From positions 6,688,001 to 6,752,000 of the forward strand of contig OZ244561.1 of the NCBI GenBank assembly GCA_965217585.1: 64,000 bases of DNA, in the 5' to 3' direction. The position numbers were made by a program, and so were the translations under genes. The notes under the pieces were generated by a model. It ran no database searches, was not told the origin of the DNA, and saw only the letters and a list, made by a program, of their open reading frames with translations. Shown in pieces: positions 38,380 through 47,976 of this stretch (positions within the stretch are counted from its first letter, which is position 1; every line of letters starts with the position of its first letter). The DNA comes from Candidatus Latescibacterota bacterium. Its GTDB lineage: Bacteria; Latescibacterota; UBA2968; UBA8231.

Positions 38380-41300
38380 TTGTCTGAAAAAATGCACGCG
38401 AAGGCATGGATTCAGCAGCAGTTACTCCATGACCTATGCACGACGTTCCCACCGCAGCCTGACCACGAGATCCACCGTGACCATCATCTCGAGACCTTCG
38501 AACGTGTGTTCGTTGGTCCTGTTGATCTGCTCGTACTTGAAGGAGATGAAGGTATCGGTAAGACAACACTCTTGTCGCAGTTCGCGAAGCGCTACCCAAA
38601 CCGAACAATCTCCTCATTTGTCACACCCATGCGGTACTACGGCTACGACACCAAGTCACTTTGGCGAGACTACTCAGCACAGATCCTGGCCATCGTGGAT
38701 CCTCGGGAATCGTTCTCATCTGAAGACGGGGGCGACGGCGTATTACAGAGTCTCATTCAAAAGCTCAAACAGCGGCATAGAAAGGACACCTATTACTTCC
38801 TACTAGATGGATTAACAGACATCGCCGACCCGATCATGAGAAGAGAAGTCGCCAGCCTTCTTCCTATTGGTCATGGTTTCCCAGTAATCGTCTCCGGTGA
38901 AGCGAGCCTACTCCCACCCGAGCTCAGGGATAGTCCACGGACAAAGACGACGCAGGCCGTCAACTTCTCTTTGGCAGAAGTCCAACAGTACTTTTCTGAT
39001 CTCGGGCTAAGTGACGCCAATATCAGGCAAATATACCAAGAATGTGGAAGGGGGGTCCCGGCCAATCTTGCAAGCGTCCGGCGTAGCTTGATTGCTGGCG
39101 TGGACTTCAATCACTTAAGTGGAAGGGGAATTAGAGATCTTTATGAACAGGAGTGGCGGAACGCTGTAACAGATGAACTCGCTGAGCAGATCGTCGCAAT
39201 CGTAGCACATTCGGGTCACCGATTAACCTTGCATTCCCTCTCTGATATCTTGGGAGTCGGGGATGACGTTGTCTCCGAGCGACTAGACCAGATTCCGTTC
39301 CTTCAACTTGATCCTGACGTCTCCTATGTTTCCTTCATCTCCCGATCGTTCGCGGATTTCGCGTCCGAAAAGCTGTCGGGGACTAAGGCCAACGTTATCG
39401 ACGTGCTTGTTGAACATTTAGAGAGGGGCACAGATGAGGGCCCGGAGGCTATTGACAGTCTTCCGGGTTACCTACAGGAGTCAGGACGGCTCGATAAGGT
39501 TATTTCCTTTCTCTCACCGGATTACTTCTCCAGCATGCTGAATAGAAGCGAATCGCTTATTCCGCTTCGAAGGCAACTCCAGATTGGCATCGACGCAGCA
39601 GCAGAACTTCGCCAGGACGGTGAGCTTGTGCGTTTCGGATTAGAGAGTAGCGCGATCAGGGAGATTGAAACTGCACAGGTTTCTCGCTTTGAGATCGAGG
39701 CGTTGGTAACGACTGACCAAGTGTCAGAGGCTCTCTCCTTCGCTGCCAACTGCTCACTACGGGAGGATCGGCTTCATTTGCTAGGGGTGATCGCTCGGTG
39801 TCAGAAAGAGCGAGGGACGCCCCCTAGCGAGGAGATTCTCGATCAGATCCGACAGCTCCACGGTCAGATTGATGCGAAGTCTCTTGGTGATAAAGCCATA
39901 GACATCGCAGCTGATCTCTTTCCGTGCTGTCCAGACCTAGCGGTTAGCTTGATCGAGCAAAGTTCTTGGGCGGACGGCGACGAAAACGAGTTGGACATCG
40001 CGTACGTTCGTCTTTCCATAGCGACGGCTGTACACGGGACAGTGCCGAGAAGTGATCAGGACGACCTTGAGACGATCCAAAAACGGATAAGAAATCCCAG
40101 GTTACGCGGTTTTACCTCTGCTCTGTCCGGGAAAGTCCAATCGGCGGCCGAGGTAATCGCCGAGGCAGAGAAGCTTGGGACAGCTTCTGATAAGTTGTAC
40201 ATCCTGAGGGAATGGGCTATAGAACATTCGACGAGAGAGGATGCGCTGGATGTGGCGGAGTACGGCCTTAGGACAGTTGTGGAGGCTACGGGATACGCTC
40301 CTAACGTGCGGGTTCTTCGAGAACTCTCATCCCCTTTGCTCCATGCCAAGGATCTCGCTAGGACACAGTCATTGGTAAGGGCCTTCGACGGACAGCGCAC
40401 GACCGTTGAGGACCAAGGACCAACGGAAGAAGTAGTCAGGCTCCAGTTGAACCTCGCGGTTGCGGAATCTCTTTTTGATGAGGAAGCGTGTGTGAACCGG
40501 CTGGTGGAAGTCTTTCTGAGCGTGCACGAGTTGGCAGATCTTTCGACCAAGTCAAGCTGTCTCGCAAGGCTATTATCTGCGCTACGAATTATTGACTCGT
40601 CTGGGCGAATCGAGGATAAGGAGCACCTAACGTCCCTCTCCACCGAAGAACTGGACACGGCGATATCCAACTTGTTGGCCCACACGGCCCAACAAGTCGA
40701 TGTCACCCGTAGGATCATCGACGCGCTAGGGGCCTTAGACGTCGGTCGCAGTATTGCCCTCGCAGAGAACCTGAATACAGCAAATCGTCGGGAGCAAGCT
40801 CTACTGTTGGCCGTAGACGCCATCCTGGAGAGCGATTCGGACCATATCGACCTGAAGCGTCTTAGGGAAGCGTGCAAAAACCTTCGAAAGCGCGAGTCTC
40901 TAGATCATGTTGCAGCAGCAGTAGCAGAGTACCTGGCACGGCGGGACTCAATTGACCAAGAAGCAATCGTAGAGTCTGGATTCCAGCTCTTCCAAGATCT
41001 TTTCTTCTCCGTTTCCGATCCGATGGAGCGATGTCGGGTGCTATGTCTGCTCTACGGCTTGGGAGAGCAAGGCCTATCGGCATCAGAGGCCATGCTTCTT
41101 GATCTGTTAAAACGGATCGAGGAAGCCATTACAGAGGTTGAGGCGGGGTGGGGCCGAATTGACGCAGGATTTCGAGTCGCTCGTTCCTTTGCTAACCGGA
41201 ACCCGACACAGGCGAAGAGGTATCTCGATGACGCCGAAGATGAGCGCAAAAGGACTGCGCTTTCCTCATTCTCTTCTGAGTGGACTTATCAAGCATGTTT

Positions 41301-43302
41301 GCGGTTGTCAATCCGCGCGTTCTCAGGTCAGCTCGGTCGTGGATATGATCCCGAGGACGATATGTCGAGACTAGGACGGTTAATAGACCAGCTCCCAAGC
41401 ACGTCTCTGCGAGTGCAGCTATGGGGTGAACTTGCTATGCACCTCTTTCTGCAACAGCATTCCGATGCCGGCAACCGTGTGGTGAGCGAGCGCGTCGTCC
41501 CGCTGATAGATTCCATGCCTAAGGGGCCGGCAAAAGAAAGCACTATCATAGGCGTTTCACCCGCGTTGTACCGAAATCACAAGACTACCGCCCTTCGGCT
41601 CTTCGAGGCCATAGAAGGCAATCAGCGGGATAGAGCACTCATGACCTGTGCTAAGTTTATACTGGAGCAACATATTCCCTCGGATCCATACGAGGAACAC
41701 GAAAACGGGTACGATATCATATACCAAGACGCCGTCGATGTAGTTGAACTGGCGAGCGAGCTTAGTCAGGACAATATGGTATATATACTGATCGTAGCGC
41801 TCGCTGATACTCTCTCATCATCTCAGTTTTCCATTACCAGGCAACAAGAAGCGGAGCTTGTTCGACGTATTGAGAACCTTGTCGCTGACAAGTTCCCCGA
41901 TCAAGACAACATCCAACATGACGGGTACGGAATCGCAAGCGAAGCGCAGTTATTGCGGATCGGGCGACATAAACGCCAATCTTGGCTTAACGTGATAAAA
42001 CGCGCACAGTCAATCCCGAATATGTCTGATCGAGCTTTTGTGTTGGCCATTATCGGCCAAGTCCTACCGGCTCGGGAGGGGACCCATCGGGAGCGCGTGT
42101 TCGAAGAGGCTATACATGTCACGGGAGCCATCCCTTGCACCTATGATCGACTTATGCGGTTAAACGATCTGGCCGGAATGATGGCACAGAAGTGTCCCCG
42201 TCTGGCACGGAAATGCCTCTCTGAGGCCGTCGGGAGATTTCAGTATGCTGAGGATGGCCCAAATGTCCGTGTCTTTAGGGATGTGATTGACACTGCCTTC
42301 AAATTCGACGCAGACTTCGCTGCGTCACTTGTTTCTCTTGGGGATGACGACCCTGCTCGGGCGATGGGCCGACACGAGATGAAACGTCGCCTAGAAATGC
42401 TGCGCGCAAAAAAAGCTATAATCGACGGACCGGAGTCATGGGACGAGTTCGGACCAGAAAACTCAGACTTTCCTCGCTCCACTTGGCTTGCCCTGGGATC
42501 ACTGAACGCTGGACGGGTGCATACGGCATCGGTAGATCAGCTCAGGCTGGCGCTTCGCGCCGCCGGACAGTTTGCGCTTCACGACGGATTTCCCATCCTA
42601 GCCTGGGTTATCGAAAACGCGGTACGCCGATTTTCCGGAACTTCTCAGTCACGGTCGATGATTCGTGTAATCTTCGAGGGTGCGATGCGTGCAACGGAGT
42701 TTGTGGAAATAGCGGGGGCAAGCGCTTCGGCCACAGTCCGGCGCGGAACCTTAGCGGAAAGTACCCCACCGAGCGAAGAAAGCATGGTGGTAAAGGTCGG
42801 TGAAAGAGACCGCGCAGTGGAGTTCTTGCGGCGGTGGTTGCAGCAAACGGAGTTGGAACGCCTCTATATCTGTGATCAGTACTTCGGCCCGGCGGAGCTT
42901 GCTCTTCTGATGTTAATTCAATCAGAGGTTCCAGATATAGAAGTGGTAGTCCTCACCAGTCGACATTGCCAGGAGCAGCGCCAGATAAAATCCCTGTATG
43001 AAGCCTATAGAACGGGCTGGCAGAAGATCTCTGATCAGAATCCGCCGAAAGCAGAAATCGTTGTCGTCGGATTGGAGGAATCAGGGAAATCGCCTATTCA
43101 TGACCGAAGCATTTTGACTGAGCAAAGTGGGATTAGCCTTGGGACCTCGTGGAACTCACTTGGCTTATCGCAGGATTCGGTCATTAGAGTGCTGTCCGAG
43201 AGGGAAGCGTCTGATCTGTTTGAACACGCTAGTCAGTTTCTCCTAGAGAGAAGGCGTGAGTATCGCGGAGAGCGATTACGCTACGAAACGGTAACACTGT
43301 AA
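38380..43302 (+). CDS. Large STAND-like P-loop NTPase with helical repeats and C-terminal PLD-like (HDR) nuclease domain
   Basis: GDEGIGKTT, YFLLDG, long alpha-helical region, C-terminal YICDQYF...SPIHDRSIL...LGTSWNSLG; SD GGAGG 6 nt before TTG 38380; lower GC than flanks. Confidence 0.75.
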   Translation: MSEKMHAKAWIQQQLLHDLCTTFPPQPDHEIHRDHHLETFERVFVGPVDLLVLEGDEGIGKTTLLSQFAKRYPNRTISSFVTPMRYYGYDTKSLWRDYSAQILAIVDPRESFSSEDGGDGVLQSLIQKLKQRHRKDTYYFLLDGLTDIADPIMRREVASLLPIGHGFPVIVSGEASLLPPELRDSPRTKTTQAVNFSLAEVQQYFSDLGLSDANIRQIYQECGRGVPANLASVRRSLIAGVDFNHLSGRGIRDLYEQEWRNAVTDELAEQIVAIVAHSGHRLTLHSLSDILGVGDDVVSERLDQIPFLQLDPDVSYVSFISRSFADFASEKLSGTKANVIDVLVEHLERGTDEGPEAIDSLPGYLQESGRLDKVISFLSPDYFSSMLNRSESLIPLRRQLQIGIDAAAELRQDGELVRFGLESSAIREIETAQVSRFEIEALVTTDQVSEALSFAANCSLREDRLHLLGVIARCQKERGTPPSEEILDQIRQLHGQIDAKSLGDKAIDIAADLFPCCPDLAVSLIEQSSWADGDENELDIAYVRLSIATAVHGTVPRSDQDDLETIQKRIRNPRLRGFTSALSGKVQSAAEVIAEAEKLGTASDKLYILREWAIEHSTREDALDVAEYGLRTVVEATGYAPNVRVLRELSSPLLHAKDLARTQSLVRAFDGQRTTVEDQGPTEEVVRLQLNLAVAESLFDEEACVNRLVEVFLSVHELADLSTKSSCLARLLSALRIIDSSGRIEDKEHLTSLSTEELDTAISNLLAHTAQQVDVTRRIIDALGALDVGRSIALAENLNTANRREQALLLAVDAILESDSDHIDLKRLREACKNLRKRESLDHVAAAVAEYLARRDSIDQEAIVESGFQLFQDLFFSVSDPMERCRVLCLLYGLGEQGLSASEAMLLDLLKRIEEAITEVEAGWGRIDAGFRVARSFANRNPTQAKRYLDDAEDERKRTALSSFSSEWTYQACLRLSIRAFSGQLGRGYDPEDDMSRLGRLIDQLPSTSLRVQLWGELAMHLFLQQHSDAGNRVVSERVVPLIDSMPKGPAKESTIIGVSPALYRNHKTTALRLFEAIEGNQRDRALMTCAKFILEQHIPSDPYEEHENGYDIIYQDAVDVVELASELSQDNMVYILIVALADTLSSSQFSITRQQEAELVRRIENLVADKFPDQDNIQHDGYGIASEAQLLRIGRHKRQSWLNVIKRAQSIPNMSDRAFVLAIIGQVLPAREGTHRERVFEEAIHVTGAIPCTYDRLMRLNDLAGMMAQKCPRLARKCLSEAVGRFQYAEDGPNVRVFRDVIDTAFKFDADFAASLVSLGDDDPARAMGRHEMKRRLEMLRAKKAIIDGPESWDEFGPENSDFPRSTWLALGSLNAGRVHTASVDQLRLALRAAGQFALHDGFPILAWVIENAVRRFSGTSQSRSMIRVIFEGAMRATEFVEIAGASASATVRRGTLAESTPPSEESMVVKVGERDRAVEFLRRWLQQTELERLYICDQYFGPAELALLMLIQSEVPDIEVVVLTSRHCQEQRQIKSLYEAYRTGWQKISDQNPPKAEIVVVGLEESGKSPIHDRSILTEQSGISLGTSWNSLGLSQDSVIRVLSEREASDLFEHASQFLLERRREYRGERLRYETVTL

Positions 43303-43337
43303 CTTGAGAGACATCTACCGGGTTTTATAACCGGACG

Positions 43338-43731
43338 ATGCAGAAGATTCTGCTGCCGGACGAGGACGCCGAGGTCGATCCGGTGCCGACCTCCGGCGGG
43401 AGTCGCCGAAGCTAGTAGGAGCTGGACCGGCTGTCGAACATCCTCAAGGCGTTCAACGACCTCTTCGGCGACATTGACTGGGAAGACGCCGACCGAGTGC
43501 GGCAGCTCATCATCGAGACCATTCCTTCCCGAGTGGCAGATACCGCCTTCCGCAACGCGCAGCAGAACTCGGATCGAGAGAACGCCCCCATCGAGCATGA
43601 CAAAGCGCTGCTGCGGGTGATAACCTCCGTGATGAAGGACGACACCGAGCTGTTCAAGCAGCCCGGGCTTCGAGCGCTATATGGCTGATACGATGTTCGA
43701 CCTTGCCAGCGAGCAGGCGGTCGCGGGCTGA
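43338..43731 (+). pseudogene. hsdR: C-terminal remnant of type I restriction enzyme R subunit
   Basis: DEDAEVDPVPTSGG...ELDRLSNILKAFNDLFGDIDW...HDKAL..V...MKDDTELFKQ; two in-frame TAG codons and a frameshift. Confidence 0.8.
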
Positions 43732-43738
43732 GCCCACT

Positions 43739-43830
43739 CACCTTCCTTCGGACTTCAGCTACGCCGCGAAAGCCATCTGACGCCATTACCCACTTTCCCG
43801 GTGGACGAAATCGCCCGCCTCTTTGCCTAA
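43739..43830 (+). repeat. Right 92-bp direct repeat (orphan gene 3' end)
   Basis: Encodes PSFGLQLRRESHLTPLPTFPVDEIARLFA*, versus ...RRDGHLTPLPTFPVDEIAPLFA* in the gene. Confidence 0.95.
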
Positions 43831-43903
43831 TCGCGGCCCGGCCAGTTATCTTGACATCGGCTACGAGAGCGGTAACGCAGCGATAGAGTAGGGAGGAAAT
43901 GCA

Positions 43904-46900
43904 ATGTATAGGGAGCCTTGTAGGAGATCGGGACAAGCAGTAGCCATCACGGCGCTGGCGCTTGGAATGGCCATGTGCAGCCTGTCCCACGCCAATCTCT
44001 CCCCCCCGGCCGTGGTCTGGTGGTCGGCACCGATCCTGCCCGGTGAAATCGTCCTCCTGCACGGCGGGGACTGGGGCGGCGATCCCAAGGTGCAGATAGC
44101 GTCGATCCGCGACGCCGAGCCGGGCGAGGCGGCTACGGGGCGTGCACCCATCATCGGTGATGTGCGCGTCCTTGTCCCCATCCACCGCACAGAGACCGGC
44201 CTCAGTTTCGTCCTGCCGGAGACGCCGGAAGGCCTGCATATATGTCGGGTCATTTCGGGCGTGCGCGGGCCCTCAGCGCCTTTCGTCCTGAACGAGCCAG
44301 CCCCGTGGTGGGTCCAAGGTGATCGCGGACGAGCGGCATCGCCCGGCGGATGGCTGCGTGTCTTCGGTCGCTGCCTCTCCTTCGACGCAAAGGCGCAGAT
44401 GGCCCTGAAGCGGGGCAACGACCACATCGAACTGCCCCTTCAGCAACAGGACTCGTGGTCGGTGACGGCCCCCCTGCCGACGAAGCTGACGCCGGGGGCA
44501 TACGAGGTCTTCGTCCACAATGGCTACGGCGGCCCGGCCGGTTGGCGCCGCGCGGGAACCGTGGACATCGCCGTGCACGAGGAGGTCTGGGAGGATCGGG
44601 TCTTCGACGTCGTCGATTTCGGCGCCGTGCCCAATGACCGGGGCGGCGACACCCAGGCCCTGCGCGCAGCCCTAGCGGCGGCTGGCCAGAACGGCGGCGG
44701 CATCGTCCACCTGCCGCGAGGCCGCTACCAGATCCACGGCACCTTGGAGATTCCCCCGTTCACTTTGCTGCGGGGCGAGTCCCTAGAGCTGAGTCAGCTC
44801 TACTGGCCGGACGCGCAGAAGCCACCGGCGGCGTTGATCAAAGGCAGCCATAACTTCGGAGTGGAAGACCTGTTCATCACGTCTGGGAACTATCTGAATG
44901 GCATCGTCTCCGGTCGTCTAGCCGACCCCACGAGCGGGCGGGTCCTCATTCGCCGGGTCCGGATGCGCCTTTTGCGGGATCAGTACGTCAGCGCCGAGGA
45001 ACGCCTTCGTCGCCATAGCCTGCCGGGCCACGCCCTAGACCTCGAAGGCGAGTTCGTCCGCGTCATCGACTGCGACATCGCGACCAGTGGCCGCGGCGGG
45101 AGCTTTGCGCTGCGCGTCCGCTACGGACAGGTCGCTGGCAACCGGTTTATCAACGGCGGCAACTCCATCTCCGGCTCGGAGAACCTGATCTTTGAGAACA
45201 ACACCGTGACCGGCGGCGGCGTCAGCGCGACCCCTGCGCCGCTCTACCAGCGCAACATCTACTTCGCCAACAACCGCCTAGAGCGCAACTTCGCCCACGA
45301 CCGCGAGGCCATGACCCTCGACGGCGGTGCCCACACCTATCTTGGTGCCGTGACTAACGTGGCAGGTACCCGCCTCGTGCTCGCCGATGAGAGCATGACC
45401 TGGCGCAATGGTGCCGATCACTGGATCAACGGCGGCATCATGATCTTCGCCGGCCGAGGCGCGGGCCAGCTACGGCGCATCCGCCGTATCGACAGCAGAA
45501 CCGTCGAAGTGGATCGGCCTTGGATCATCGAGCCCGACGACAGCTCCCTGATTGTGATCTCCTACTTCCGCGAGCGCCACCTGTTCGTCGGCAACCGCAT
45601 CGAGGACGCCACCATTGCCCTGCAGCTCTACGGCTCCCTCATCGAAGGGATCGTGGCGGGCAATACGAGTGCCCGGGCCGGTGGGTTCCACAACTTCGGC
45701 ATGTGGAAGGGCGGCGGGCCCGAGCCCTCCTGGTACGTCCAGTATCTCGACGACGAGATCCTCGAGGGGAATGCCTACCGCGGCCCCATGAACGAGATCC
45801 CGTCGCTCGACTCGCATCTGGCCATCCGGGACCGCGGGTACTCGCAAACGGACTACTCTTTCACTCGCACCTGCCTGGCTCGGCGCTGCATTCTGCGCAA
45901 CAACGCCCGCATCGAGGTGCTCGGCAACGGCATCGCCGACAACGTCCTCATCGAAAACTGCTTGGTCGAAAACGCCGACGTCGGGCTGCACGTGGATTCG
46001 CGCGCCCAGGGCGTGATCCTGCGGGGCAACCGCTTCGACAACGTCCTCCAGCCCATGACCGGCGCTATCGAGCGCGCCGTCACCCATCCGGCCGATTGCG
46101 TACTCGCCGCCCTGTCCGGCACCCAAGCACAGCTCGGCGCAGGGGCACCCGCCGCCTGGGCCCGAATCCAGAGCAAGCTCGCAACACTTGCCGTTGAGGG
46201 GGACCTAGCGTCCAAGGCCACGGCGGCAAAAGCCAGGGCCTTCCTCGCAGAAGCAGTCTCTGCACTAGCGTCCGACGGTTCAGAGGAATACACCGCTGAC
46301 TTGATGCGGACCCTGCTGGGCATCGACGTCGCGATTGAGACGGACGCCCTCGCCTCCGCCGCGACGACGGGCAAGGCGACCTCCGTGCCCGCGCAGGTAG
46401 CCGTCCCCCCATGGTCGCTGCCGGTGTCGGTTGCGCTGCGCGTCGATCCGTTTCCCGGGTGGACGGTGGAATCGGGCCCGGCCCAAGCGGTCGAGCCGGG
46501 CGGAACCGCCCATTTTGCCCTGCAAACCGCCGGCCCCAAGCGACCGGCCGGCCCCTTCGACCGGCCCTTTACCTACGACGTGCACGGCGACGGCTGGCGG
46601 TTGTCATTCACCGACCACGCCGGGCCGGCACGGCTCACTGTCACCGACTGGCTCGTCGTGGGGCCCTTCGAGAACGAGAGCGGCGGGGTCATCGACAAGA
46701 CCGTGCATCCCCCAGAACTGAAGCTGGACGTAACCGCCCGCTACGAGACCCGGGACGGCGTGAAGGGCTGGAAGCCAATCCACACTACCGCCGACGGGAG
46801 GCTCGATCTGGCCGCCCATTTTGCGGACGCGGATCGGGCCGTCGCCTACGCCGCGGCTTGCGTGCGCGCGGCCCGTGACACTCCGGCGATGGTCACCTAT

Positions 46901-47194
46901 GCCGGCATGACCTCCACGGACGGGGTCATGCTCTACGTCAACGGGCAGCGAATCGGCACGCGCTGGCGCTTCAACCAGTGGGGCCCGACGCTGCTGCGAC
47001 AGGGAGACAACGTCGTCTTCGCCGTGCTTTCCAACCTCGACCGCGACTGGCGGGCAGGCATGCAGGTGGAACCGATGGCTCCCCTCGCCCCCGGCGAGCT
47101 CATCGCCGTCCCCGCCGACAAGCTCTCCGACGTGGCGGCCCTGAAGAGTGCAGTCGAAGCGGTACCGGAAGGCCGGGCCCGTGGACTCGACTGA
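43904..47194 (+). CDS. Secreted right-handed beta-helix (pectate lyase-superfamily/GH28-related) protein
   Basis: Signal peptide; VFDVVDFGAVPND..DT.AL..AL...GGGIVHLPRGRY; Asn-ladder repeats; C-terminal WLVVGPF module. Confidence 0.8.
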   Translation: MYREPCRRSGQAVAITALALGMAMCSLSHANLSPPAVVWWSAPILPGEIVLLHGGDWGGDPKVQIASIRDAEPGEAATGRAPIIGDVRVLVPIHRTETGLSFVLPETPEGLHICRVISGVRGPSAPFVLNEPAPWWVQGDRGRAASPGGWLRVFGRCLSFDAKAQMALKRGNDHIELPLQQQDSWSVTAPLPTKLTPGAYEVFVHNGYGGPAGWRRAGTVDIAVHEEVWEDRVFDVVDFGAVPNDRGGDTQALRAALAAAGQNGGGIVHLPRGRYQIHGTLEIPPFTLLRGESLELSQLYWPDAQKPPAALIKGSHNFGVEDLFITSGNYLNGIVSGRLADPTSGRVLIRRVRMRLLRDQYVSAEERLRRHSLPGHALDLEGEFVRVIDCDIATSGRGGSFALRVRYGQVAGNRFINGGNSISGSENLIFENNTVTGGGVSATPAPLYQRNIYFANNRLERNFAHDREAMTLDGGAHTYLGAVTNVAGTRLVLADESMTWRNGADHWINGGIMIFAGRGAGQLRRIRRIDSRTVEVDRPWIIEPDDSSLIVISYFRERHLFVGNRIEDATIALQLYGSLIEGIVAGNTSARAGGFHNFGMWKGGGPEPSWYVQYLDDEILEGNAYRGPMNEIPSLDSHLAIRDRGYSQTDYSFTRTCLARRCILRNNARIEVLGNGIADNVLIENCLVENADVGLHVDSRAQGVILRGNRFDNVLQPMTGAIERAVTHPADCVLAALSGTQAQLGAGAPAAWARIQSKLATLAVEGDLASKATAAKARAFLAEAVSALASDGSEEYTADLMRTLLGIDVAIETDALASAATTGKATSVPAQVAVPPWSLPVSVALRVDPFPGWTVESGPAQAVEPGGTAHFALQTAGPKRPAGPFDRPFTYDVHGDGWRLSFTDHAGPARLTVTDWLVVGPFENESGGVIDKTVHPPELKLDVTARYETRDGVKGWKPIHTTADGRLDLAAHFADADRAVAYAAACVRAARDTPAMVTYAGMTSTDGVMLYVNGQRIGTRWRFNQWGPTLLRQGDNVVFAVLSNLDRDWRAGMQVEPMAPLAPGELIAVPADKLSDVAALKSAVEAVPEGRARGLD

Positions 47195-47295
47195 CAGCGC
47201 GGCGGCACCAAGTTCGGATCGTTGCACAGGTTTGTGGTAATGGATCGGAAGACGTTTTTTGTCTGCATGAATAGACTCTTCTAGGTTAACGAAGT

Positions 47296-47964
47296 ATGAT
47301 GATAAAATTCACTCTTTTACTTTTGACCTTATACTTGGGCACATCACCTGTTTTTGCACAGGAAACGCAAGCGGATTCTACGCGGAGTGAACGGCCGACA
47401 TTTTCGCTGACGCCTACCTGAGTGGGCTGACCTGGCGAAGGCGCACCACTCCGGGGGAGTGGTATTCATACGAAATTTGCACTTTCGGGGCGGTATGTAG
47501 ATACATCAATGGACCGTCCGCAATGGCGGTTTACCGCCAATTACCGCCTGCATCAACGCCTGCAAGTTGGGGTTGAGTTGAATCCAAAAGCAAAAGAGGC
47601 AGGACCTCTTGTGACCCTGTTTTTGCTAACCGAGACAGAGACGCGTCCGGCGCTTTTTTTGGGCACGAGCTCAGATCGAATTGGTTCGCCGGCGGGCGAG
47701 CAGTCTTACTTCGCGACTATAAGTAAATATATACCTCGGTGGCGCACTTCTTTTTACGGCAGTTTGAATTATTCGGAATGGGATGGGAAGTTCAATATTC
47801 CCTTTGGCGTGGGGGTTGAATTGGGCAAAGGCTTTTCATTGCGACCGATGTATGATGGCGATCGGGGGCATGTGATGCTGAATTATTTCGCCACGCAATA
47901 CGGTGTCAGTTTGATGTATGTGTGGCTTGAAACCATGGGTATTTCGTTTTCTCTTGGATTTTAG
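47296..47964 (+). CDS. Putative exported selenoprotein with UxxU motif and outer-membrane beta-barrel (222 aa)
   Basis: ATG 47296 is in frame with ORF 47509..47964; signal peptide MMIKFTLLLLTLYLGTSPVFA; only interruptions are TGA 47419 and TGA 47428 (T-U-V-G-U-P); amphipathic strands and terminal Phe. Confidence 0.75.
47445..47463 (+). promoter_or_regulatory. SECIS-like hairpin
   Basis: ACCACTCC-GGG-GGAGTGGT perfect stem with G-rich apical loop, 22 nt after the second and 31 nt after the first TGA. Confidence 0.65.
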
Positions 47965-47976
47965 TGTGGAGGATCA

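Noticed and set aside
47419-47430. UGA reassigned to Trp/Gly, or a simple pseudogene
   Set aside because: TGA is a normal stop in many genes here, including the partner at 48660. Two TGAs in CxxC spacing plus a hairpin, with the rest of the frame intact, fit Sec better, although a pseudogene is not formally excluded
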